In this document: in pieces, positions 11,901 through 24,381 of the stretch
Layout: each line of letters opens with the position of its first letter
Position numbering within the stretch: the stretch's first letter is position 1
Assembly (NCBI GenBank): GCA_004431415.1
Contig: QPMI01000054.1
Coordinates: forward strand, 186,001-250,000
DNA from: Cyanophora paradoxa CCMP329
Lineage: Eukaryota; Plantae; Glaucophyta
DNA length: 64,000 nt
Direction: 5' to 3'
Program-made: the position numbers and the translations under genes
Notes under the pieces: generated by a model
Databases searched by the model: none
What the model saw: only the letters and a program-made list of their open reading frames with translations
Told to the model about the DNA's origin: nothing

Positions 11901-14900
11901 CCCTCGCGGTCGACGGCGCCCAGCGGGCGGCCCTCGCCCGCTGCGCCCCCTCCTTCCGGGAGGTCCTCGTCGCGTACCGCCTCCAGGCCGTCTTCACCGC
12001 CTGCGCCGGCATCGGCCAGGTCCGCCTCCTTTTTCGATGTCCTCAAATCCTAGATCTAAATCTCTGCTCGGTCGCTCCCGCGCCAGGCCCTGTGGGAGCC
12101 GGACTTCTTCCCCGAGCCGCGGGCCCTCTTCTCCGGCCTCCTCTTCCGCCGCCTCCTGCGGGCCCCGGCGGGCGCCCCCGCGGAGGCCGCGGAGGCGGCC
12201 GCCCAGCTGCTCGCCCTCGTCGCCGCCGCCTTCCCGCCCGCGGGCGAGGCGCACCCGGCCCTGCGGCGCTTCCTGTCCGTGGATCTCCGCAATGCCGGCC
12301 CCCCGGCCGCGGACCCCGCGGAGAAGGAGGCGGAGGAGGAGGTGCCCCTCCACAGGGACTGCTGGGAGGAGGTGGAGGCCCTCTGGGACGAGGAGGGCGA
12401 CTCGTGCGGAAATGCTCACATTTCGAGCTTCCTTAAGCTTGTAAGAAGTCTCACTGCCCGGCAGGGACGAGGACGTCGAGGCGATGCTGGAGAGCGCTGC
12501 GGCCGGCGCCGCGGAGCGCCCGCCGACGTCGACGTCGCCCCTGTCCGCGGCCGCGGCGGCCGGGCCTCCCTTGCAGGACGGCCTCCTCCCCATCGGTGCG
12601 CCCGTCGCCTCGCAGCCTTCAATCTGAAATGCAACTGACGGCCTCGCGATTGCAGACGCGCACAAGAAGAGCATCCTCGAGCACATCGCCCGGCACCGCG
12701 TCACTTGCATCCAGGGCGAGACCGGCTCGGGCAAGGTCCGGCCCCTTCTTCTGATTCTTTCTCTTCTTCTGTTTGGTTGACGCCGCAACGCGCGCCGCCC
12801 CGCGAAGTCCTCCAAGCTGCCCGTCTTCCTGCTGGAGGAGGCCCGCAAGGCCGGCCAGGAGGTGCGCCGCCCGCAGCCGCCCGCTCCGTTTTCTTCGCCG
12901 TCGCCACAACGCCGCTAGCAGGTGCGGATGGTGATCACGCAGCCGCGCCGCATCGCCGCCATGTCGCTCGCCAAGCGCGTCGCCGACCTCGTCGGGTGCA
13001 AGCTCGGAGGCGAGCCGCCTTCTTGAGCTTCGGCTTATAGAACCCGCTCTGTCTGATGGACATCTGCAGAAACGGTCGGATACTGCGTGTCTCGGGATCG
13101 TGCCGTCTCACCGCGAACTCGGGTTACCTACGTGACGGGTCCGCGTTAGCCGCGTTTTCTGACTCCAGCTTTGAACTGACCCGGTGCGATTTCGCGAATG
13201 CAGTCGGATACCTCCTGCAGGTCAGAGCTGCATCCGGTAGAGATGCGCGTCGGGCTCCAAGTTTATTTATTGTCGCCTCTTTCGCTGCGCGCGCAGCTCC
13301 TGTCGCACAAGCCGGCCGAGGCCGGCCGCTACACGCACATCTTCCTCGTGCGCCGCCTCCAGCTTCGCCTTCGAGAGGGCGACTCGCTTTGCTCTAGATC
13401 CCATTGTCCGCGGACAGGACGAGGTGCACGAGCGCGGGGTGGACCAGGACCTGCTCAGCCTGCTGGTCAAGGTGCGTTATATACCAAATTTATGTATACA
13501 TAAGCCTTGCATGATTTCAATATTTAATCCTGTACATGTACAGCTGCTGCTGAAGAACCATCCTTCGGTCAAGCTCATCGTCATGGTGCGCGAACTTCAA
13601 TGTTTTTGTCTTCGCAAATTTAAATCGAAACGAGCGAATCATGACCATGCATATGCATGATTCATTGAATCTCACCGATGCAAAATGAAATCTGAACGCG
13701 AACGCCTTCGGCGCAGTCTGCAACGCTGCACGCGGAGCTGTTCTCTCAGTACTTCGCCGACCTCTCGTGAGCCCGGAGGAGACTTCAGCTTGCGAGACCA
13801 TATGCTCAGCTCACATTGCTGCTTGCCCTTCGACAGGGATGACGACGCGCCGCCCGCGCCCATCTTCGTCGGCGCCGCGCGCTACCCTCTCGAGTGCGTC
13901 GCGATCGTCGCAAGCCGACTCGCCCGCATCTCTTCATGACGGGCGCGCGCCTCGAACTCCCGCAGGTTCCTGTACCTGGAGGACCTGCCCTCCAAGTTCA
14001 GCGCCAGGCGCTCCATCGCCCCGCTCGTCAAGTCGCTGCTCTCGCAGGCCCCCTTCAAAAAGGGAGCCAAGCAGCAGGCCCCATCGAGCGAGGTCGGCGC
14101 CGGCATCAGGAAGGAGATGTTCGCGCTCGCTGTGGATCTGCTCGCCGCCATTCTGTCGCCCGGCAAGGCGGGCGCGGCCCCCGCCCGCATTCGATGTTAA
14201 CGTTTTGATTTCAGCTGAAATTTAACTGGTAACGGGTCTTTTATGCAGACTGTTCTCGTTTTTCTGCCCGGAATCGCGGAGATGACCACCCTACAAGTGT
14301 GCACGCTCATGCGGATCCCTTCGATCTGCTTCGGATCCCTACATCTCCTGATATCGCGATCGCCCTCTGCTCTTCACCAGATGGACGTGCAAGAGAGGAT
14401 CGCGGGGGCCTGCGACGGCTCCCTGGTCGAGGTCCTCCTCCTCCACTCAACCATGCCGCGCGAGGAGCAGGTCCGCGCTCCACCGCCGTCGCCTCTTATG
14501 TAGATTGTTCGCTCGTCTTCGCCCTGACCCCGGCGCAGGCTGCCGCATTCGCCCCGCTCAACGCTGGTGCGGAGTTTTGTAGAGCTTGCAAGCGCAGCTA
14601 CGTATACGCTTCTATTCCGCCTGACTGCCGGGCCCAGCGCGCTCGCGGCTCATTCTGGCGACGAACATTGCCGAGTCGTCCATCACGCTGCCCGCGGTGC
14701 GCCTCGAGCTCGTGTCTTTCCACTCTCTCAGCTCTACCTAAGAGGGTTCTCGGCCTCGTGCGCCCTCATGATCAGGTCCACTATGTCGTCGACTTTGGAC
14801 TGCACCGCCAGATCGTGCTGGACAAGGCCCGGGGCGTGCAGGTGGGCCGACCGCCGCGTGCGGCTCGATCTTAAAATCCGTGATCGTGACATTCCGCGCG

Positions 14901-17900
14901 CTCCGCAGGGCCTCTCCCTCTCCTGGTGCTCCCGGGCCTCGTGCAAGCAGCGCGCGGGCCGCGCCGGGCGGCTCTTCCCGGGCACCGTCATTCGCCTGAT
15001 GTCGAAGTGCGCAGCTTTCGTACATGAATATGTCCGCAGAGAGATCTCTGACTCGACCTCTTATTTTGCTCGCAGAGACTTCCACGATAGGGCGCTACCG
15101 GACTTCGAGAAGGCGGAGATGCTGCGAATTTCGCTCGAGCACGCGGTGCGCATGCCCGCACGAAGAAGGCGCAACACAGGCCTGCAGCTGCACCTTCCAG
15201 CTCACCGGCAGATCTGGCGCAGATTTTGCGGGTCAAGATACTCTTCGCACATTTCGGGACGGTGCGTCAACGTTTGAAGTTTCGAACGTGACTGCATTTA
15301 TCGTTTCGGATGATTGCGACGCGCCCCTCAGGTTCGGGAACTTCTGGCTCGGGCGGTAGAGAGTCCCACCAAGGAAGAGATCGACCACGCCCTGCGCGAG
15401 CTCTACTTCGCCGGTGCGCCGCCTTACGTGTCGCATATGCATTCGAATTCTATTTTCTCTGCGGCCTGTTCGCCTCGCTAAAACGTTGGTCAGGTGCGAC
15501 CACCGGCGAGGAGGAGGACGCGGGTGTCACGCTGTTCGGACAGCTCGCGTCGGCGCGTGCTCCCACTGATGCCGCTGTCGCCACTTGTTGCGTACGTGGT
15601 TCCTGCTCGAATCTGACGCGGACGGCCGCGTGTACAGGTGATGCCGGTCGGGCTGACGGCCTCCAAGCTGATCATGTACGGCCTGCTCTTCCACGTCGAG
15701 TGCGACGCCGTTTGCATGGCCGCCGCCATGGCCGTCCAGGTCAGCCCGCGGTTCATACATGCATTCGGCGGCGGGCGATTCTCCATTATTGAACACGAGC
15801 TCGGGAAAACAGGACCCCTTCGCGTCGCCGACTCAAAAATACACAACCGATGTGAAAAAGGTGAAATAATCGTTATGTACTGTGTCTACAAATAGCTAGT
15901 GTGCGTCTTTTGATTTGTTTTCTGCGATGCTCAGTACTGCGAAGACCTCGCGCGGAGCTTCCGGTCGCGCACCTCGTGCGTCGCTTGCGTCAGCGTCGAT
16001 ATCTCGTGCACTGTTAAATAGTCCGATCAGATTCGACGAGGGAAATTACTCGGAACTCATCGCGTTTCGCAACGTGTGGATCGGTCCGTTCAATGTGTCC
16101 TTATTTAAATTTATGCAAGAGATCAACGTGCGCCTGCAGACTGGACGCGGGCCGGCAGAAGGCGCGACTGGACGTACAACAACTGCGTCTCTTTCGAGAG
16201 GGCGCGCAGGAATCCCGCCGTCCTCCGCTCCGTCGGCGCGGGAGCGACCGGCGCGCGCAGATGCGGGCGTTCGACGCGACGGTGGCCGACGTCGCGACGC
16301 ACTTCGTCGGGTTCCTCTCGAGGAACGGCGCCGACGTCGACGGCCTCCCCGGCCTCGTCGGTTCGTCTCGGCCCGCGGCGATACAAATTTCGAATCCGCC
16401 ACACAGCTGGTTTACCTGCATCTGAACATCACCCCGCAGCGATGAGCCAGCGATGGAAAGAGGACGACAGTGCCGGTGCGTTTGACGCTAACGTGACGCT
16501 TTCGAATTCCTGTTTGCCGCCTTTGATTTGAACGGTCCCTCTCAGAGAGCTGGACGAGTGACGCCTTCAGCTCTAACGCGCCCCTCCTCAAAGCGGTCAT
16601 CGCCCTCTCCAGTCGGCCGGGATTCTTCCTGCGCCCCGCGCCCGCCCAGGCGGAGCGCACTGGGATAAAGAAGATCCGCGCGGCGATGCTCACGGCCGGT
16701 CTGGAGCCGTCGCGCACGCTCCAAGTCACGCTCGGGATCAGCGGTGGCTCCGCAGCTGCAGCGGCCCGCGAGTTCACTCCGGCGGACTTCTCCGCTCTCC
16801 TGCGCGATCTACTGGACGTGAAGCCCGAAAAGGTGCGCCGAGCCCCCAGAAATCGTCTCCCGTTTCATTTGCGATGTCTTACATCTTGCTCTTCGAAATG
16901 GGGTCTGCAGGTCGTCAAGGATGAAAACTCGAAGAGCGTTTTCTACGTTCAGTTCCGCGCCGACAAGCCCAAAGGACCTTCTCATGGCTCGGACGAAGCC
17001 GTCATCCACGTGCCTCCGAATTCTTTCGTTTGGGCTTTCTCTCTTCGCTAAGGCTGTTCTTTGATTGCAGGATTTGCCTAAGGATGCAAAGCTGGTTCGG
17101 TACTTGACGGGAGTGCTCTCATTCCAACAAAAATTCAGCTGCCCGTTGCGTCCCGAGGCGCGCAGGGGGCCAATAAGTCCGGAAGAACCCATGGTGCGTT
17201 TTTGCATTGGTGTAAATGCTTGAACAGTGCCACGGTGGAAAAAGTTTACAAGTCTCTGCAGGTTGTGTTTGAAAGCATAGTTCAGCTTGGAGGCTTCATG
17301 TGGCGTGCGATGAAGCCAACATGCACCGTTCGTTGCTCCATGCACACTTTGCATTGCTTCACCGCTGCTGCCATTGACTCCCAATGTGGATGATAACCGC
17401 AGGCGAAAGCGGACAGGCGGACGCCCTTATCGAACGCATCCGAATTCGACGCCGTCGAAGCTCTTTGGGTATGTATACTGTATCGCGTGTGCTTGTCACA
17501 GCGTCGTCATTATACCTGGCCCTTTCGCGCAGGCCGTGGCATCGGATGCGCAGCTGCAAGGGAACAATCTGTTCGTGTCAGGGACAACAGTTCTCCCCAG
17601 AGGTGCCGGCGCTTGCTGTTGCAATTCCCGTATCGGGCGCTTTAATTTCTATATCTGATCTGGGCTCGCGTCGAGCAGGCCACTTTGGCGCGCTGCTGCT
17701 GCTCGCGACGGGCATCACGGAGCACGGCGAGGGCGAGGAGGTCGGCAGGCCCGTGCGGCTGTACGTCGACCGGCAGCTCACGCACATCCACTCGGCCGCC
17801 CTCCCCGGGTCGCCCACCACCTTCTCCTTCGCCCCGCACTTCCCGTCCCTCCGGGAGACCGTCGAGAAGCTGAACCGCCTCCGCGCCTGCCTCTCCGCCT

Positions 17901-20900
17901 CGTACGCGCCGGGGATCTGGCCCCGCTCCTCCGAAGTCCGGCAGGTCTCCGGAGCTCTATAGCTAGCTTGTCTTTCGTCGCGAATTCGCTTGATTTTACT
18001 CGCAGGCTCTGGCGGATTTGTTGGCGTGTGTGCCTTCGGAGCCGGCAACTTCAGCGAAACCAAGTTCGAAGAAGGACGAGCAGTACCGCTGGGTCAGCCT
18101 GCCCACGGCCGAAGACGGCGCAGCCGAGCGGCCGTACGCGTTCCTTCCGCCCTACGTCGGGCCCATCGCGGTGCGCAAAGACAGACGCGTGGGGCCCCAG
18201 ACTCTGCGGCCCGCTCACGTCCAGTGCAGGAGGGCGACATGGCTCTGCACGCCGCCGGGGAGGACCTCGCCGTCCTGAGGGCGCGCGCTGCCTCCTGGAG
18301 CCTCCGCCCCGCGAAGGCGGAGCGCCGGCACGCCGACCTGGAGGCGCGGAGCCCCCTCGTGGACGCGAACCTTCGCGAGGAGGACAGGCACCTCGCGGCC
18401 TGCATCGATCGCATGTTCTCCCAGGTTCGTCGGTCGCGATCGGACCTCTGCTCGTTTATTCCTTGTCTTTAATTCTAAGACCCGGGGGCCGGGTCGCAGT
18501 TGGAAGCTTTGTGCAAGTCGGGCAATGGCCAAGAGCTCGAGCTCGAGGGATCGCCCGAAGTGACAGTGTTCTCGCCCCAGACTCAAGAAGATTTCGATCT
18601 AGATCTGGACGCGGAATATGATGAGACAGGAGTCGACTCTGCGTATACGTACGCGTCGGCGTGCGTGTGGCTGGCCAGCAGCGCCGTCGACTCGAGCAGC
18701 GAGCGCCGTGTCTTGAGTTGTCAGGTTCGTTCTCGTTTGCAGCTTAAGCTGTTCTCTTGCCGCACGGAATTCGAATCGACTAAGAATTTTGTTTTTCGCT
18801 TCAAATTGCAGGAGGCCCCGTCGATGCTGGACGCGATAGCAGCCGCCGTCAGCTGTGCCCTGCAAATTTCGAAGGGGAGAAATTCGACTCCCGCAGCTGC
18901 AGCGGTGGCCGACTTTGTGGGCACTGTTTCAAACTCGGCTCCAGTTCGGTTTTCATCGATTGCCGGCGGTACCGGTGCCTCGAGCAAGGCGCAGCTGCGG
19001 CCGTCGACGTCGGCAGATCTAGAAGCGGCTTCTGATTCGGCACAGCCGTCGTCCAAGTTCGCCAGTGATTGTTCGTCGCAACCACCGGCAGGGTCTGCGC
19101 CTGCTATCAACGCAGCAGCTCCGCCTCCAAGGCCACCTCCCCTCTCAAAAGGCGGAAAACTCATGTGGGACCAACTTCTCGAAGTGCGTAAATCTTATTT
19201 TTTCGTCTTTCTCTAGATCTATCATCACCGCTTCGAAACGTTCACTGACCCGCCTCTTAATTTCGACCAGACCTGTCAAAGGCGCTCGCTCTCGGCTCCC
19301 ACATACTCGTGTGCACTCAACTCCGACACTTGCTCCATGCAGGTTCGGCATTCTCGAACCTTGAACCTTGCGAATTCCGAAGTGATGATTGTGTGTGTGC
19401 ATTTGCAGATCTGCATCGGGGGACAGGTCTATGAGCAGCGCCTTCCAGCCAAGGTCGTTCAAGAGGCTTTCCAAGTGCGCGAGCGAGTGCGAACGCGTGC
19501 ACTCTGAGGCATCGTCCTTAACGATGTGCATGTGCTCGCGGCAGGCGGCGCTTCGAAAAGCGCAATTGCACGCGAGCGCAATTCCAATTCGTGAGCTAGC
19601 AGGTGTGGCGAATGACGCAGACGGTCGGGGGACAGCGGAAGCGTCTGCATCACCTCTGGCAGCATCGATGTCGAGTTCGCATGTACCATTGCAAGCCTCG
19701 CCAAGCCCGGTGCCGGTGGTGTCGTCGCAATTCCAAGACGTGCCAATGCCTGTGCCTGCGGAAGCCGCCTGGTGTCATAATCAGCCACAGCGAGTTCCGG
19801 ATTCAAAAGAAGAGACCTCAACTGCAGCTGCGGGCGTCGGATCTTCCGTTGCCATCGCTTCCGATTCAATGTCGACACTGCCACCCGACCTCCTGCCTTT
19901 CATCAACAGCCACGACCTCGCCCTTTGGACGGAGCTCAACCAGGTGCCCTCGAATATATATTAATCCGAGCGAACGTCGAATTTATCGCATCACGGACCA
20001 ACGTTCCCGTATGCAGGAATGCCGGCTGCGGGGACTCGACCCGCCGGAGGCAGGTGCTGAGGTGATGAAGGCGGACAATGGCGATGCCCTGCTGCTACAC
20101 ATTCGGGTTTGCTTCTCGAGCACCTATTTCTAAGCGCTATTTAACAGGTACGTGCGCAGATGTATGTTGGCCTGCCGGACCCGGGCTCCGAGCAGCACGG
20201 CTGGTACTGCCTCACAGCCGGGTGCGCTCAGCTCGAAGAGGACGTCCGCGGTTCCCATCAATTACAAGAAGCCTGCGTTCACGTGCGTGTAGTTCAACTT
20301 GCCGCGCTCGAAATCGTAACTAATTCGAAGTGCCTCCGTTCACAGATGGCATTCGAGCCCGCCGTGCGACGAGCGCTCGCAACCGTGCGGCAAGTCCCGG
20401 CTGAAAGCGAGAACCCGGGGATGAGTTTCGAGGAGAAGAAGGCTGCTTGCTTCGGCTGTTTCGGGAACCACAGCGACGCGGAGAAGCAGTGGCAGACCCT
20501 TCAGCGGGTACGCGAATGCAGAATATCCTAATCCGTTTCACTGGAGCTTGAGCGCGTTTTTTCGCAGCTCTGCGCTGAGCGACAGCTAGACGCGCCTCTT
20601 TGGCAGCTGTACAGCCCAGAAAATGGAAATGCACTGGTCGAGGTGCGACTCGAAATCTCTAAGAGTCTTTAATTTTTAAACGTTGTCACCTGCAATCGAT
20701 ATCATCGAACATCCACACATGCATATGCAGGTCGTCGTCCGTGGCCTACAAGGCCCAGGGAGCGCCAACAGCTACACTGGACGGAGTTCAAGTTCTGCAG
20801 CCGCCGCCCACGTGAGCAGTCGCTGTGGACGCAATGTGTAGCCGGTCTCATTGCACGCTCGCGCAGTTCGCAATGCAGCAGGCCATACCGGCTGTACGAA

Positions 20901-23591
20901 TGTCGAAGCCTAAATTGAAACAAGTCGATTTCGGAGCGGCGAAAGCCACCTCGAGCGAAAAAGAGCGCACGAAAGAAATCAAGACATCCAAACCGTCCAA
21001 AGCATCGAAGGCTTCCACAGTCAATTCTCTTCCGTCAGACCTCGCTCGCCTTCTATACGGTTCGAGTCTCGATCTCTGGAAACTACTAGCTTCGGTGAGT
21101 CGACTTTCTTAGATCACGATCCATGTATACTTGGAAATCTGCGCGATATTAATATCGTTATTTATCGCTGCTGCGGATTAATGTTACATTCAGGAATGCG
21201 AAGCGAGGGGCTTGCAAGCACCTTCAGTTGGCTGGAATTCGGATAATGCTGGCAAGGAGACCCCGAGGGTGCGAGTGAAGGTGAGAGCAAGCATTGATAT
21301 CGACTTGCATTCAAAGTCGCAGATTGATATTTACAATCCACGTGCACACGTCTCAGGCTGCTGTGCAACTCTCGCTGCCTTCCGCATCGGGAAAAAAACC
21401 GAAACCGGCTTGGCGCCTCATTGTGACGACCAAAGCGCTGACCAAAGACATGAACAAACAAGCAGACGTGAATGCTGAGGGGGTGAATGTGCGCGCGATT
21501 TTGCTTCTAGCTGCACTTTATTTCAGATCTCAGATGAGCACGCAGGGAGCTTTTGGAGAGCTTATTCACCAGTTGTTGGGCGTTGCTGGAAACATTCCTG
21601 TGCGCATTTCCATCGCACCGATCCCGAATTACTCTCTTATATAATTACCTATTATGATCGACAGAGGAGCCCGATACTGGAAGCGGATACAATTGCACAA
21701 TGCGACGCCGCCAGCTTACAAGGATCCCCAACGTTGACTGCGAAATGGGCGGAGCTGAAAGAAGAGTGTAAGAAGCGCGGATTTCGCGAGCCAACTTGGA
21801 CCTCGGCTCCTACATCGGTGTGGAAAGTGAAATGCCACGTGCGTTTACGGGGGAGCCTGCCGCGAATGTTGCGTAGCCTGGAGCCAAAATACTCATGTGG
21901 CGCAGGTGCATATTTCGAACGGGGCCGATGTGCAAACCATTTTCGCAAAAGGCTCATCCACAGAGGATGTCCTAGAGGTGCGACATATAATTCGAGCTGC
22001 GAACGTTTTTAATCGGTGCAACTGATCATCCGCATGCGCATTTGTGTCCCAGATTGCATTCGGGCGCGCGATGAAACTTGTAGCTGGCCACACTTTCCGA
22101 GCAGAAGCATATGGTTCCAAGAGTCATCATCAGGACTTTAACGAAGACAAAGACAGCAGCGATTCGTCCAGTGACAGCGGCAGCGAATCACGAATTGAAT
22201 CTCGTCAAGCGGTCTGTGCGCGAGATGCTCTGGAGCCAAAGCAACCGAACCATGATGCGGATTTCGGCTTCCCCCTCGACAATTCCAGCGCTGAGGCCTG
22301 GCGCGAGCTGCTGCAGGCGCGCATCTCCGTTTATCAGAGCCGCTCTGCTCTAAATCTGCTCTACTCGTTGTACGGAACGCTTTGCTCACATGTCGGGCAG
22401 GAATGCAAGCGGGCAGGCCTGGGGCCGGCTTCCGTCCGCCGGGATGTTGCGGGCACGTCGAGCGCGAGCTCCGTGAGCGTTCGGGTGGATATAGAGGTCC
22501 GCATTCCGCACAATTATTGCAGAATATCACGACCTCGAGGCCTCACGACTGGGCTCCTTGCGGGTGCAGGTCGGCTCCCTCTCGAAGTTCGCATGTCGGA
22601 AAGGGCCGGCGGCGGAAGTCGTCGAATCCTCGAACGTCCGCTCTTTGAGCTGTTTGCGTTTAGGAAGGGAACCGCCGACCCGTCGGGGGCAGGTGGCGTT
22701 CGCGATGGCGGCGAAGGCGCTGCTCCGCGAGATCTCGACCTCCAGCTCCGCACCCGCTGCAGAGGAAGCTTTGAAGCAGCCCGTGCCCGCGGCCGCCTCT
22801 TCGAAGCCGCTGGAGACGGAGGAGCAGTGCCAGAGGCGAGAAGCGGCGGCGGCGGCAGCTGGCCTGGCTGCAGCAGTCGCGATCACCGGGCTCGGGAAGC
22901 AGACGAAGAAGAAGTGGAATGAACTCCTCCTTGTGCGTTTCGCCTTCTGCGGTTTTCGCTCACGACCTGATCATGAGCTTGCTGTTCGCAGAGATGCGCT
23001 CAGGCGGGCCTGCTCACTCCGGAGGTTGTGATCAGCCCGCCAGCAAGCGCTGCAGCGCCCTCTGGATCTGGATCTACGTCGTCGACCGCGAAAAGACCAT
23101 CTAAATCTGCCCCCGCGTCCTTGTGGCGAGCTCTCGTGCGCACACTGCCGTCCCCGCATCGAATTCGCCGAAAATTCACTTTGCCTCTCTTCCTTCAGCT
23201 CTCGATCCACAAACGCGATCGCGGGTCCGCGTCGGCGTCGGATCCGGAAGTGGCGAAGCCCTTCTTCTCGTACACGGGAGAAGGGCCCTCCGGCATGAAG
23301 GCGCTGCAGGTATCCGTTGGAAGCGCAGATGCGTTTCACGTCTCTAGATCTGATCGGGAACACCCTCGAATTTTGCAGCACGCGGTCGAGCGAGCGGTGG
23401 AATGCGAAGTTCTGCGGATGAGGGCTTTGTTTGTTTCCCAGAAATCTAAATTAAATGCTAGTGCGAGTTAACGATGCAGATTTATATCGGCTAGAGAAAG
23501 ACGAGATTATGCTCAGACTGCTTGTGGAAAACTTGCAATTGTCGGCGCCTGTTGTCGGCGCCTGCAGCTGTACATGTTCGCCTGTGTCTGA
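8922..23591 (+). CDS. FAM120/Asteroid-type PIN-like domain fused to a DEAH/RHA RNA helicase (HA2) and 7-8 degenerate dsRBD-like repeats (many exons; 3' end approximate)
   Basis: PIN: MGVRGLTAYLE, LVLDLSN, GGEYD, FLDPAK, KLATWTER, EADQQL, IVSDDSDF, LAALLGND. Helicase: LPI|DAHKKSIL, QGETGSGKS (~12710), TQPRRIAA, DEVHER (~13418), M|SAT, VFLPG, LHS, ATNIAESSITLP, QRAGRAGR (~14948), HA2 region TLFGQLASVMPVGLTASKLI. An in-frame splice joins the two parts (..EEGDS DEDVEAM.., intron ~12404-12464). Confidence 0.8.
10352..10858. repeat. C/T-rich low-complexity intron (poly-C runs; G-rich on the minus strand)
   Basis: About 500 nt of CCCCT-like runs between exons ..YPELAA| and |LLGNDVTK. The Pro-rich ORF read through it is an artefact. 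Confidence 0.75.
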
Positions 23592-24381
23592 ATGTTTGAT
23601 CGGCATTTTATAATTATAAATACGACCACTTATGCCGCTGCGAGCGCGCTGGACGACTCACTGATCCATAATATTGTGAGCTTGTTTCAACTTTTTCACA
23701 GCGCTAGCTGCAGGAACCTGTGGAGCGGGTCTTCCGATCCATCCGTCTTCTATCCGTGTCGATCCGTTTTCTATCTGTATGGAGGGTGAGAGAAAACGTT
23801 TCGGGCCTTGAATACAATGATGCCAGGATGGTACCCCGCTGCAGCTGGTACCCATGGCCATGGCCATTTATATGCATGCTTGTACGTTGCTTACTTCAAG
23901 GCTTGTGCCCCGCCTAGTCTCGATATTGTGATTGATAACATTGTAATTGATAACAAGCCACGAGGCTCCCAGCCCAACCGGTTTCCAGCTTTGAAAAGCG
24001 GAGCGTAGCGCGCGATTGAGCGGGATCCCCTAGGTCTAGCCCCCGTCCCCGCTCACTCGTTGAGCGGGGACGGGCGTTAGGCCTAGGGGAGGCCGGGGGG
24101 CTACGGTTGGGCGGGGGAGTGGGGGCGCGGCGGGGCTGGGCCGGGGGGAAGCGGGGGGGCCCAGGGGCGATTCGCGGGGAGGAAGCAGCCTCGGGGGTAA
24201 GGGGCGGAGCCTGGAGGGGAGGGGGGGGGGGGGGGGGAGGATTGCGTGGCACGCAGCGTCTAGCCTTTCGCAGGTGGGAAGAAAATCAATCAAATTTGAA
24301 AAGCCACATGCTGGAGCGACACTAGACTTCCACGTGCACCAAGGGCTGTCCAGATGCACGTATCTAGCTATAGTGCGCTGG

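Noticed and set aside
8922-12400. Calling the PIN gene XPG/FEN1/EXO1, or the helicase a specific orthologue (TDRD9, DHX36, Dicer)
   Set aside because: The motif pattern fits FAM120/Asteroid rather than FEN1/XPG. No Tudor, PAZ or RNase III motifs were seen, and orthology needs a phylogeny, so no gene symbol is given.
10226-12436. 736-aa proline-rich (extensin-like) ORF and other long Arg/Pro/Gly-rich ORFs such as 43313-45673 and 26661-28511
   Set aside because: These are read-through of GC-rich introns or antisense shadows. The conserved motifs assemble only after splicing.
24000-24260. G-rich block next to the truncation of copy 3 as a possible transposon end
   Set aside because: No terminal repeat partner, target-site duplication or transposase was found. 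It is low complexity only.
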